A DNA stretch of 64,000 nucleotides from Oscillospiraceae bacterium (GTDB lineage: Bacteria > Bacillota > Clostridia > Oscillospirales > CAG-272), in NCBI GenBank assembly GCA_015065385.1, contig SVQK01000056.1:270983-334982 (forward strand), given 5' to 3'. A model generated the notes under the pieces. That model saw only the letters and a list, made by a program, of their open reading frames with translations. It did not search any database and was not told where the DNA came from. The position numbers and the translations under genes were made by a program. Below, piece by piece: positions 23,196-32,569 of this stretch. Within the stretch, counting starts at the first letter, position 1. The number at the start of each line of letters is the position of its first letter.

Positions 23196-25670
23196 GTGCC
23201 GGAATTTACGCTTGAGTCCATGATACAGTTTATCTGTGACCCGAAAAGCATTCAACAGGTAAACAATACCGTCAGCGGATTAAAAAGCATGATCGGGAAA
23301 GCCCTCGGTACAATCGGGATCGGATTCAGCCTCAAGGCGATGAACGACGCCGTTGAGCAGGTTCGGTCCGTAAATCGCGCTTTGGAAAGCGCGGTCGGGC
23401 AATTCGGAAATATAGATGATATTCAGGAAAAAATCCTGAAAACTTCTAAAGATCTCGTCGGGAATTACGAGGACGTGTCAAAAAATGTGTCCGACCTCGT
23501 AAAGAACAACAAGACCCTGTTTGATGTGGATAAGGCTATCCGGTTCACCGATATTATGACCAAGCTCACTAAATTGAGCGGCGGCAGTAATTCGGATGCT
23601 TCCGGGCTTGTCTCGAGTATGGCGTCAGCCATGAAGAATGGCCGATTTGACAGCGGTTCGCTGGACGCTTTGTTTGCGAAGGCACCACAGGCAATAAAGA
23701 TCCTTACGGATTATTACGGCGTTTCCGAGAGGAAGCTCCGTACTATGGCACAGGCCGGAATCATTAAGGCGAAGGATATTCAAAAGGCATTCATGGATGC
23801 GGGGGAGGCTGTAGATAAATCCTTCTCTGAGATGGGGCCGAGAATATCCGATGTGCTTTCATCCGCGCGGAGCCAGCTCAAATATTTCATCGAGGAAACC
23901 GATGAAATGTTCGGCATTACGAAATCCATAGCAAAATTTCTACAGAGCGGATTTCAGACCGTGATGGGCTGGCTTCAGAAAGCGCGTTCAAGTGTGATGT
24001 TCCTTTCGGAGAAGCTGGGCGGGATGGAAAATACCCTCAAACTTCTCGCGGTTGTCGCGGCTTCATTCGCTGTTGCCATGAACTTCGGAAAAATCGTATC
24101 AGGGGTAAAAGGTCTGGTTGGCATATTCGGCAAGCTGGGGATAAAAGGAACCTTAATCGTTGCGGCAATCGCCATGATCATATTGGCGATAGAGGACTTC
24201 ATCCACTTTATGAAAGGGAATAACTCCCTGCTGGGGGTGATGTTCGAGAAGGCCGGTATAGATGCTGACGAGGCAAGAGAAAAGATAATCTCCGCTTGGA
24301 ACACGGTCAAGAAATTCCTTCTTGCAGCTTGGGGTGCGATCAAACAAGCTGGCACGGCTGTTTGGGGTCAACTTACAGCGTTTTGGCAAAGAAACGGAGA
24401 GCGGATTGTTCAGGTAACGACCAAAATCTTCACGGCTGTCGGTACTATCGTCAAGGCTGTAGCAGGACAAATCGCTGGCTCGTGGGACAACATGGGCGGG
24501 TCGCTCATGAGCATAATTTCAAAGGCGTGGGATTATATAAAATCTACGTTCCAATTTGCCCTTGACTTCATCTTAGATCTGCTTGCCGTAGTTTGTGACA
24601 TCATCAATGGCGATTGGAGTGCGCTTTGGGAAGATGTAAAAACATTGTTCGTCAACATTTGGAACAACATGATAAACTCCCTTAAGGAGTGGGCTAAGTT
24701 GTTCGCTTCGTTTATAGAACTTATCGGACAAGCCATCCTTTACAGTTTCACATGGACGCGCGACCAGATCAAAAAGATTTGGGATAGTATCGGCCCCTAC
24801 ATCACGGGCGCTTTGAAAGCCGTATGGGATAAGATCAAATCCATCGGTCAGGCAATTGCCGATTTCTTCGTCGGGTTGTGGGGATCCATTACAGAAACGG
24901 TCGGCGGAATCAAAGATACAATCGTTGAGAAATTCCAAGAGGCTGTCGATTGGATCGTTGCGCTCCCCGGACAGGCCCTCGCATGGGGTTCTGATATAAT
25001 CAACAAAATCATCGAAGGGATTCTCGGGGTCGGAACGTCTCTGAAAGAAACGGTTGAGGGAATCTTTGATGATCCCATCGGATTCATAAAAGGGCTTCCC
25101 GAAAAAGCCGTCGAATGGGGTAAAGATATAGCGGGCGGTTTGAAGTCTGGAATTGAGAGCGGCGCGGGGGCTGTGAAAAAAGCGGCTTCGTGGGTTGCCG
25201 GTAAGGTTAGCGGTGTTCTTCACTTCTCCGAACCGGACGAAGGCCCGTTATCTGATTTTCACACCTATATGCCTGATATGATAAAGATGATGGTCCAAGG
25301 CATAGAGGCCGGGATCCCTGCCATCCGTCAGGTAGTTGGAACTTTGACCGGTGCAATGTCTTCTGATTTTGCATCCGGGTTAGGCTCTCTTTCATCTGTC
25401 GTTGAAGCGATAAAAGAATCCATGGTTTCTGATTTTGCTTCGGGCATCGATAAGCTGTCAGCACTTGCGGATTCCCGATTCGTTTTCCAGAAAACTGCTG
25501 GCGCTGTAACCAACAGCAACAACATTTCCCGCAATGTAGTTCAGAATGTGGAAATTTCCAACACGTTCAACGGAGACCGGGCGGGACAGCAGAAAGCATC
25601 CGCGGCTATGAAATCCGCGGCTCAGGACAGCACGGCTCAGATGGGCCGCGCACTTCTGTTTGCGAGGTGA
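23196..25670 (+). CDS. Tail tape measure protein
   Basis: 824 aa with a GTG start after GAGGGAGGTGAG. It has a central hydrophobic segment (LLAVVAASFAVAMNFG...LIVAAIAMIILAI), helical repeats rich in W/A/G, and canonical synteny. Confidence 0.85.
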   Translation: MPEFTLESMIQFICDPKSIQQVNNTVSGLKSMIGKALGTIGIGFSLKAMNDAVEQVRSVNRALESAVGQFGNIDDIQEKILKTSKDLVGNYEDVSKNVSDLVKNNKTLFDVDKAIRFTDIMTKLTKLSGGSNSDASGLVSSMASAMKNGRFDSGSLDALFAKAPQAIKILTDYYGVSERKLRTMAQAGIIKAKDIQKAFMDAGEAVDKSFSEMGPRISDVLSSARSQLKYFIEETDEMFGITKSIAKFLQSGFQTVMGWLQKARSSVMFLSEKLGGMENTLKLLAVVAASFAVAMNFGKIVSGVKGLVGIFGKLGIKGTLIVAAIAMIILAIEDFIHFMKGNNSLLGVMFEKAGIDADEAREKIISAWNTVKKFLLAAWGAIKQAGTAVWGQLTAFWQRNGERIVQVTTKIFTAVGTIVKAVAGQIAGSWDNMGGSLMSIISKAWDYIKSTFQFALDFILDLLAVVCDIINGDWSALWEDVKTLFVNIWNNMINSLKEWAKLFASFIELIGQAILYSFTWTRDQIKKIWDSIGPYITGALKAVWDKIKSIGQAIADFFVGLWGSITETVGGIKDTIVEKFQEAVDWIVALPGQALAWGSDIINKIIEGILGVGTSLKETVEGIFDDPIGFIKGLPEKAVEWGKDIAGGLKSGIESGAGAVKKAASWVAGKVSGVLHFSEPDEGPLSDFHTYMPDMIKMMVQGIEAGIPAIRQVVGTLTGAMSSDFASGLGSLSSVVEAIKESMVSDFASGIDKLSALADSRFVFQKTAGAVTNSNNISRNVVQNVEISNTFNGDRAGQQKASAAMKSAAQDSTAQMGRALLFAR

Positions 25671-25674
25671 TTGA

Positions 25675-26373
25675 ATGGCACGGGCAATACAACCGGTTCA
25701 GGTTGCTGGAATTGAATTCGATGCTCTCATCGAAGAAACGAGGCAGCTCGACGCGGAGATCCCTCAATATTCGACCGAAGAAGGGTTCCAAATTTCTGAT
25801 GCGATCATCATTGACGCGGAAACCATCAGCATGACGCTTTTCGTGACGGACACTCCTGTAACTTGGCGTGACCGTCACGGGGGCGCACATATGGGAGACG
25901 TTTGCAGTCGCCTCGAAGCGATCTATTTCAACAAGGAACCCATCACGATTTCAACCACGGATGCCAACTATACAGATATGGGCATCCAGTCCATCACGTT
26001 TTCAAAGTCGTTTGAAGTAGGGTATTCCAGAGAAATACCGATCACCTTCAAAAAGATTCGAAAGACGAGGACCAGAACGATAGCGGCCCCGTCTTCTATA
26101 TACCCAAGCGGAGGTATGACCGGACAGACCACCGGGCAAGTTTCTACCGAAGCGAAAAACACGGCTGAACCCGGAAGCATTATGTACGGAGTGTATTCCG
26201 GATTAACAGGCGGATCCGAGAATACTTCCACTCCGGCTTACACGGGACAGGGAACCGCGGCGGGAGCAAGGAAAAGGACTTCACAAACTGTCCAAGGCAC
26301 AATAAACAACCACAATTCCGGTGGCGGGTATAATCCGTCCAAAAACTTGACCCGGCTTAATCAGATCAACTGA
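25675..26373 (+). CDS. Tail/baseplate protein (232 aa), unassigned
   Basis: Directly follows the tape-measure gene. The C-terminal third is Gly/Thr/Ser-rich. Confidence 0.55.
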   Translation: MARAIQPVQVAGIEFDALIEETRQLDAEIPQYSTEEGFQISDAIIIDAETISMTLFVTDTPVTWRDRHGGAHMGDVCSRLEAIYFNKEPITISTTDANYTDMGIQSITFSKSFEVGYSREIPITFKKIRKTRTRTIAAPSSIYPSGGMTGQTTGQVSTEAKNTAEPGSIMYGVYSGLTGGSENTSTPAYTGQGTAAGARKRTSQTVQGTINNHNSGGGYNPSKNLTRLNQIN

Positions 26374-26395
26374 CGAAAGGAGGCGGCGCTGAAAG

Positions 26396-26728
26396 GTGGA
26401 TACCGGAGTAGATTATACCGTGATAACGGTTCCCAAATACAACGACAGTTTCTCCCGAATTACCCTTGACGGGACTCTGTATCAAATTCGGTTTTCCTAC
26501 AACATGGCGACAGATTGCTGGAAATTCGGTTTATTCACGGCTTGGTACGAGCCGATATTCCAAGACGTGAAAATCGTACCCGGCGCACCGCTGAACCATT
26601 CGTTTTGCCAGAAGCCGTACCCCCGCGTCTGGTTTGGCGTAAAGACCAAACTGGATCGTGTCGGCTACCGGGATTTCTGGGACGGGAACGCAGAGTTCTT
26701 CTACATGGAGTTGGCAGACAATGGCTGA
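26396..26728 (+). CDS. Small tail/baseplate protein (110 aa)
   Basis: GTG start after GGAGG. Coupled to the next gene through an ATGGCTGA overlap. Confidence 0.5.
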   Translation: MDTGVDYTVITVPKYNDSFSRITLDGTLYQIRFSYNMATDCWKFGLFTAWYEPIFQDVKIVPGAPLNHSFCQKPYPRVWFGVKTKLDRVGYRDFWDGNAEFFYMELADNG

Positions 26729-27587
26729 GAATTACGAAAACTTTGAACGGCAGTACAAGGTCACGATAACCGGAGCCGGGGGAGGGTTTGAGTTTGGAGG
26801 AGAGGAGTTTCCCCTCCATATCAGCTTTTCGTTCCAGAAAACGGATTTGTACTCTCCGAACAACGGAAACCTGACCGTTTGGAATCTCGCCCCCGAACAT
26901 ACCGCTATGCTGATCGAGAATGAGGAAAATGCGCATCTGACGCTTGAAGCGGGATATCGGGATCATATCACCCGTATCTTTTCGGGAGTTGTCAGTTTTT
27001 CTTCTACCTCGATGGATGGAGCAGATTGGCGTACCGAAATCGAAGTCATAGACACCCTCGAGGAGCAGCGCGATTCATACGTTTCGTTGTCCTTTGCCCC
27101 CGGTACAAACTGGAGAGACATAACGGATGAGGCGGCAGGACAGCTCGGCATTGATATTGATTACGGCCATAATGTAGAGTTCAAGGCCATAGATACAGGA
27201 TTCCAGTTTGTCGGGCTTGCAGACGATGTTTTTACCAAAGCCTGTGACAGCAACGGCCTTTCGTGGAGCGTTCAGGATGGAAGGATCCAGATGAAGAAGA
27301 ACGCAGATACGATGCCGCCCGGTGTGATCTACGTTATATCCGCTGATACTGGTATGATTGAAATGCCTGTTCGTGTTTGCATTGCCGGGAGCGCAGAAAC
27401 TGGGGATAAGATCATAGGATATGATGTTACCTGCCTTTTGAATGGAGACATAAAAATAGATGATTACGTCTATTTGGATTCAAAGATCGTCAAAGGGGCA
27501 TTCCGGGTTTACTCCATCGAATACACGGGTGACAGTCAGTCCGGCGACTGGACCACAAAAATGCGTCTGCTCGAAAAAGGGCTGTGA
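26721..27587 (+). CDS. Baseplate hub protein (P2 gpD / XkdQ-like)
   Basis: ATG 26721 overlaps the upstream stop. About 288 aa, positioned before the spike gene; the assignment rests on synteny. Confidence 0.55.
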   Translation: MAENYENFERQYKVTITGAGGGFEFGGEEFPLHISFSFQKTDLYSPNNGNLTVWNLAPEHTAMLIENEENAHLTLEAGYRDHITRIFSGVVSFSSTSMDGADWRTEIEVIDTLEEQRDSYVSLSFAPGTNWRDITDEAAGQLGIDIDYGHNVEFKAIDTGFQFVGLADDVFTKACDSNGLSWSVQDGRIQMKKNADTMPPGVIYVISADTGMIEMPVRVCIAGSAETGDKIIGYDVTCLLNGDIKIDDYVYLDSKIVKGAFRVYSIEYTGDSQSGDWTTKMRLLEKGL

Positions 27588-27599
27588 TCGGAGGAATCC

Positions 27600-28397
27600 A
27601 TGCTTCAAGAACTGGTCAACATGACACAGGAGCTGATCCGAAAGCATCTGAAAAAGATGCACACAGCGGTTCCTGGAAAGGTCGTAAAGTACGACCCTGA
27701 TAGGGGGATGTGCGACGTCCAGCCCGTCATGCAATACAAAAAACCGAATGGTGAATGGATCGATTATCCGGAGCTGAAAGACGTCCCTGTTTGGTGGCCG
27801 CAGACTTACGGGCAGGAATCGACCATCGTTTACCCCATCAAGAAAGATGATGAGGTGCTTGTCCTTCTGATGGAACGTCCCATCGACTACTGGCTTTTCG
27901 GACAGCAGACGAAACAGGATCTGATGTTCGATCTGTCGGAGGCTATCTGCATCCCCGGCCTTTTTGCAAAGCCGAACAAACTGGCGAAAACCGCTCAGGA
28001 TGAGAAGGCAATCATCATCCAGCGAAAGGATACCTTCGTAAAGATCAAAGAAAAGGAAATCGAGCTGAACTCCAAAGAAACCGTGGTCGTGAATGCCAAG
28101 AAAGAAGTCACGGTCAACACGGATACGGATGTGATTGTCAACGCCAAAAAGGACGTTACGGTGAATGCAGATGGAGATATAGCCCTTAATGCAGAAAACA
28201 CCATAGAGCTGAACGCGGAGGAAATCCTCATCAATGGTTCTGAAATGAACGCCACGGCGTCCCTGTCCTTTGACGGAGATATGACCGTCGCCGGAGGCAT
28301 TACCGCTTCGGGTGATGTGGTCGCCGATGGAATCAGCCTGAAGGAACATACCCACAAAGATGGGGACGATGCTGAAACGACGCCCCCGAACGCTTAA
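27600..28397 (+). CDS. Baseplate central spike (Mu gp45 / P2 gpV-like) with a beta-helix
   Basis: N-terminal OB-like VPGKVVKYDPDRGMCDVQPV, then repetitive VVVNAKKEVTVNTDTDVIVNAKKDVTVNADGDIALNAENTIELNAEE, and a tip motif GISLKEHTHKDG. Confidence 0.7.
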   Translation: MLQELVNMTQELIRKHLKKMHTAVPGKVVKYDPDRGMCDVQPVMQYKKPNGEWIDYPELKDVPVWWPQTYGQESTIVYPIKKDDEVLVLLMERPIDYWLFGQQTKQDLMFDLSEAICIPGLFAKPNKLAKTAQDEKAIIIQRKDTFVKIKEKEIELNSKETVVVNAKKEVTVNTDTDVIVNAKKDVTVNADGDIALNAENTIELNAEEILINGSEMNATASLSFDGDMTVAGGITASGDVVADGISLKEHTHKDGDDAETTPPNA

Positions 28398-28451
28398 CGC
28401 ACACAGCAGCGAAAGCTGTGAAAATATATTTTTGATGGAGGTCAAACCATT

Positions 28452-28982
28452 ATGGAAAAGATCAATCTGAATCTTTCTACCCCTTGGTACACTTTTCAGA
28501 GAAAGGTTCACGCCCTGTTCCGGAACGATCCGGATATTCAGGTCGGGGAAATCTTCGAAACCAATGATCCGGTTGCGCAGTATGCTTTCGATATTGAGGT
28601 GAAGAACCACGAGAAGTACATCGCCCTCGACCGCGTTCTCCCTAAGATCCGGAGATTCGGCAATGTGGCCGTCGCCATTTTCCTGTACGATGAAGAAAAC
28701 GGAGAGGAACAGGATACCGAAACCCTGTTCAAAACCATCTTTGACGGGAATCCGCTCATGGATGAGATCGTCTCTGCCGAAGATTTCACAGGCACGAAGC
28801 ATACCTACGTCATGTTCCTGCCGAGAGTTATCCAGTTCTTCAACGATGATATTTCCGACCTGAACGGAAACTGGAGCGGCATCGCGCAGGAAATCGCCCG
28901 TGAGGTTTTTGAGGATGCAAGGGGCGTCCATTTCTGCACTTCTCCGTTCATCGGTGAACCAGAAGCCAAAGAGGAAGAGTAA
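28452..28982 (+). CDS. Hypothetical protein in the baseplate block (176 aa)
   Basis: ORF with a GGAGG RBS. No motif recognised. Confidence 0.5.
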   Translation: MEKINLNLSTPWYTFQRKVHALFRNDPDIQVGEIFETNDPVAQYAFDIEVKNHEKYIALDRVLPKIRRFGNVAVAIFLYDEENGEEQDTETLFKTIFDGNPLMDEIVSAEDFTGTKHTYVMFLPRVIQFFNDDISDLNGNWSGIAQEIAREVFEDARGVHFCTSPFIGEPEAKEEE

Positions 28983-29121
28983 AACCGTTTGTCTGCCCCG
29001 TGTGGCGTTTGTACGCTGATTTTTCTTGAAAGAGGTATTTCCATCCATCCGAAAGAAACGAGGCGTATAAACGGCTCCACGGGGCTGTAATATAGTCCAA
29101 AGAAAACGGAGGCCGACTGAC

Positions 29122-29484
29122 ATGATGGACAGGCTGGATATACGGCTGTCGCGGGACGGAGATATAGTCCTGTCGGACAGTGGGGATATACAGATCACCA
29201 ACAGCATACAACAGGCAATCTTGATCCACCTCCGGTGGATTTTTTCTGAGTGGAGGCTCGGCCCGGATTACGGTTTCCCGTACTTTGAAGACGTGTTCAT
29301 CAAGAATCCCGACATTGAGCGGATCAAGCGGGATATACGAATGGAGATCATGAAGGTTGAAGGGGTCCGCCGTGCAACAGTAGACAGCGTGACCTATGAC
29401 CCTGCCGGAAGATCTGCGACGTTCGTATATACCGCCGTGACCGACGAGGAAACTTTCAAGGAAGAGGTGACTTTGTATGCCTGA
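29122..29484 (+). CDS. Baseplate wedge protein (gp25/W-like)
   Basis: 120 aa. DGDIVLSDSGDIQITNSIQQAILIHLRW...GPDYGFPY is typical of small W/gp25-type proteins that precede baseplate J. Confidence 0.6.
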   Translation: MMDRLDIRLSRDGDIVLSDSGDIQITNSIQQAILIHLRWIFSEWRLGPDYGFPYFEDVFIKNPDIERIKRDIRMEIMKVEGVRRATVDSVTYDPAGRSATFVYTAVTDEETFKEEVTLYA

Positions 29485-30931
29485 TTATGGATTGACCCCT
29501 ACCGGTCCGAACACAAAACGGCTGGACGTCATCCTCGACGAAATGCACACCCAGCTTTCGGAGGCGTGGGGGGTTAATACCCGGAAGGATCCTCAGTCCT
29601 TCTTGAACCATCTGCTGACGAATATAGCCGACCAGCTTGCCGACCTTTGGGCGTTCGGTGAGGACGTCTACTACTCGCAGTACCCTACCTCGGCGGAAGG
29701 GGCGAGTCTTGATTACTCCGCAGAGTATGGAGGAATTGTCCGGGAGGCCGCTGCAAAGTCCTACTACCGGGTTCTTTGCACGGGCAAAGACGGAACGATC
29801 ATCCCGGCCCGGACCATCATTGCATCGAATACGACTCCGGCAACCCAGCTCTCGATCACGGAAAACGCACAGATCACGAGCGCGGATTTCAATACGGCAA
29901 AGATCATCATAGCCGAACCCGGAACGAAATCCGTTCTTGCTGTTGAGTTGAATAGCGAGCTTTATCAGTTTGAGCCGGATTCCACGAAAACGGACGCAGA
30001 AAACCTCGCCGGACTCGCTGGGGTTTTGAATGCCGCACCGGGATTCACCGCGAAAGTCGAGGAGAGGGCGATTGTCCTTGCCGCAGAGGACGAGATCAGC
30101 AGTAACACCCTGATTATGTCGGAAAACCTGACAACGGAATCAGTCGGATCCGTTATTACATTTTCAACTGTTGAGGATGGCGATATTCTGATTCCTCCCG
30201 GCGTGGTTACGAAGATCCAGATGGCTGTTGCGGGGCTTGAATCGGTTACGAACGTCGGCGGCTATATCGCTGGCCGGAAGGCTGAAACCGATACCGAACT
30301 GCGGCAGTCCTACATCGATAAAATCTATAACCGGTCTTCGTCCATGGCAGAGAGCATCCGGTCGGCGATTCTTGAACAGGTTCAGGGTGTCTCTACTTGT
30401 ACCGTCTATGAGAACTACACCAACCTTGTGGATGAGTATGGTCGATACCCTCATTCGGTTGAAGTGGTTGCGGATGGAGAGTTTGACGAGATCCTTCTGG
30501 CTCAGGTGATTTTGAATACTAAAGCTGGTGGCATAAATACATATGGCTCCCGCGAAATCGATCTTCCCGGATTATATGGAGAGCCGATTACGATTCGATA
30601 TAACAAGCCTGTTCCGGTTTACATATGGTTTAAGGTGGTCGTTTTCATGAATGGATCGACGAATGCGCCGACCAACTATGTGGATTTGATCGAAGGGATC
30701 ATTACGGAATGGATGGATGGCCTGAGCGCGGGCGACGATGTTGCGCCTCAGACGATCATTCATAAGTTGTATGCCATGATCCCGGGCGTGGATTATTTCG
30801 ATATTTACCTGTCTTCCACGGAAGATGAAGTCGCGTTGCCCAGCGAATACCCGGATCGCAGAGTTGAAATAACCGACCGTCAGAAAGCCTATACAAGTCC
30901 CGGCAGGATTGAGGTGACGCTCGGTGGCTGA
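29477..30931 (+). CDS. Baseplate J-like protein
   Basis: 484 aa, coupled to the W-like gene by an ATGCCTGA overlap. Synteny is W-J-(gp48-like)-fibre. Confidence 0.7.
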   Translation: MPDYGLTPTGPNTKRLDVILDEMHTQLSEAWGVNTRKDPQSFLNHLLTNIADQLADLWAFGEDVYYSQYPTSAEGASLDYSAEYGGIVREAAAKSYYRVLCTGKDGTIIPARTIIASNTTPATQLSITENAQITSADFNTAKIIIAEPGTKSVLAVELNSELYQFEPDSTKTDAENLAGLAGVLNAAPGFTAKVEERAIVLAAEDEISSNTLIMSENLTTESVGSVITFSTVEDGDILIPPGVVTKIQMAVAGLESVTNVGGYIAGRKAETDTELRQSYIDKIYNRSSSMAESIRSAILEQVQGVSTCTVYENYTNLVDEYGRYPHSVEVVADGEFDEILLAQVILNTKAGGINTYGSREIDLPGLYGEPITIRYNKPVPVYIWFKVVVFMNGSTNAPTNYVDLIEGIITEWMDGLSAGDDVAPQTIIHKLYAMIPGVDYFDIYLSSTEDEVALPSEYPDRRVEITDRQKAYTSPGRIEVTLGG

Positions 30932-31796
30932 ACTGGAATACAGCATTGACCTGAAAAAAGATCTGGTAACACAGTTTACGGATCAGCCCAACATATCCGT
31001 GCTGGCAGAGGTTATCCAGAAACAGTTTGCGGATGTGTGCGATTTCTTTGCGCAGCTCAAAGTCAGGCGATGGCTCGATCTGGCTGAAGGAGTTCAGCTT
31101 GACCGGATCGGAGATATTGTCTGCCTGACCCGAGGCGAAGCCGGGTATCTGGCTTGTATAGACCAATCTGTTGAGGTGCTCCCGGATGATGAATACCGGA
31201 AGTACCTCATTTTCAAGATTTGGAAGAACACGAACAACTGCACCTACTATGATGTTCTGAAAGCGTTCAGGATGTTTTGGCCCAGACCGTTGTACTACCA
31301 CGAGGATCCTGAAAGACCCGCAACTATGCTCTTCGAGACGGAGATCCTGAAGCCGGGTGAGATGGATGTACAGCAACTTTTCAAAGCCCCGATCATCCGG
31401 GCGGCTGGCGTGGGGATCTGGATTACGGCAATCACTCAAGCGGACGAACAGACCTCGCAGCTCTACACATATTCGCATCTCGGCAGGGGATTGAGTATAA
31501 CCCCGATACCAGAGGTGTTCCCTGAATGGCCCAGCGACATTAGCCTGTGGCTTTCCGGTATGATGCCCCGGTGGTACAAGACGATCATCGAACGGGACGA
31601 AACCAGAACCGGTTTGGTCGTTCATCCCGTGCCGGAAACATGGACCCTTGAGATCTGGGAATATCTTGAAATCCTCGGAAACCACAAACTGCGTTCCCGC
31701 GCTGACGAAGAAAATCTTACCGTCGTGATAGAAAACGCGGGGCTTGCCGTGGATGAGCACAACCCCACGAAATCGCTCATTATTACAGGAGGTTAA
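30924..31796 (+). CDS. Baseplate/tail-fibre attachment protein (Mu gp48 / DUF2313-like)
   Basis: 290 aa. The GTG start overlaps the J stop (GTGGCTGA). The assignment rests on synteny. Confidence 0.5.
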   Translation: MAELEYSIDLKKDLVTQFTDQPNISVLAEVIQKQFADVCDFFAQLKVRRWLDLAEGVQLDRIGDIVCLTRGEAGYLACIDQSVEVLPDDEYRKYLIFKIWKNTNNCTYYDVLKAFRMFWPRPLYYHEDPERPATMLFETEILKPGEMDVQQLFKAPIIRAAGVGIWITAITQADEQTSQLYTYSHLGRGLSITPIPEVFPEWPSDISLWLSGMMPRWYKTIIERDETRTGLVVHPVPETWTLEIWEYLEILGNHKLRSRADEENLTVVIENAGLAVDEHNPTKSLIITGG

Positions 31797-31800
31797 ATAA

Positions 31801-32556
31801 ATGGATTATGGATTCGCCGTAACCGATGCAGGGCGTTATTTGATCGCGCGTCTGTTAACAGGGGAGACCATGCACATCACCAAGATCATGGTAGGATCCG
31901 GAAAGGTCCCGGATGGAGTGCGGCTTTCGTCCGTTACTCAGCTCTATAATGTTGTGGCACAGGCCACGTCCGACGAGCCGAAATGCAAGGACGGCGTAGC
32001 CTTCATGACCATCGAATACAACAACTCCCTGAACGGGGGGCTTGAAAGGGGTTTCTTCCTGAATGAGTTCGGGATCTGGGCGATGGACCCCGCTGTCGGC
32101 GAGGTGATGATCGCTTACGGTACGCTGGGGGATTATCCTCAGTTCGTAGCTCCGTTCAATTCCGCGATTGGCGTTGATGTTCGCCGATTCCCCGTAGCCA
32201 TCGCCATCGGTGAAGACAGGGGCATGGTGGTCGATTACAAGACCGAGCTGTGGCTTACCGCGGAGGATCTGGAAGATTATTACAATCTGACGATCAAGCC
32301 GCTCATTCTCGCCGAGATCGATGAAAAGATCGATGCTCACAACAAAGATCCTCACGCCCATATGGAAATGGAGAGAGCTTTGAATCTGAAAGTCTACCCC
32401 CGGCTCGCGCTTGCCGAGGCCATGGAGGAACTTTCAGACTTGACCTCCGACGACCACACGGGCTATGCGAACGAGTATATCGTCACGTTTGAAACACTGG
32501 ACGGGGCAGACGTCACGGGGGTATGGAACGATGCCCTTTGCCGGATTGAGTTCTAA
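31801..32556 (+). CDS. Tail-collar/fibre protein
   Basis: The N-terminus MDYGFAVTDAGRYLIARLLTGETMHITKIMVGSGKVPDG resembles the phage tail-collar fibre N-terminal domain. Confidence 0.6.
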   Translation: MDYGFAVTDAGRYLIARLLTGETMHITKIMVGSGKVPDGVRLSSVTQLYNVVAQATSDEPKCKDGVAFMTIEYNNSLNGGLERGFFLNEFGIWAMDPAVGEVMIAYGTLGDYPQFVAPFNSAIGVDVRRFPVAIAIGEDRGMVVDYKTELWLTAEDLEDYYNLTIKPLILAEIDEKIDAHNKDPHAHMEMERALNLKVYPRLALAEAMEELSDLTSDDHTGYANEYIVTFETLDGADVTGVWNDALCRIEF

Positions 32557-32569
32557 GGAGGTGAAATGA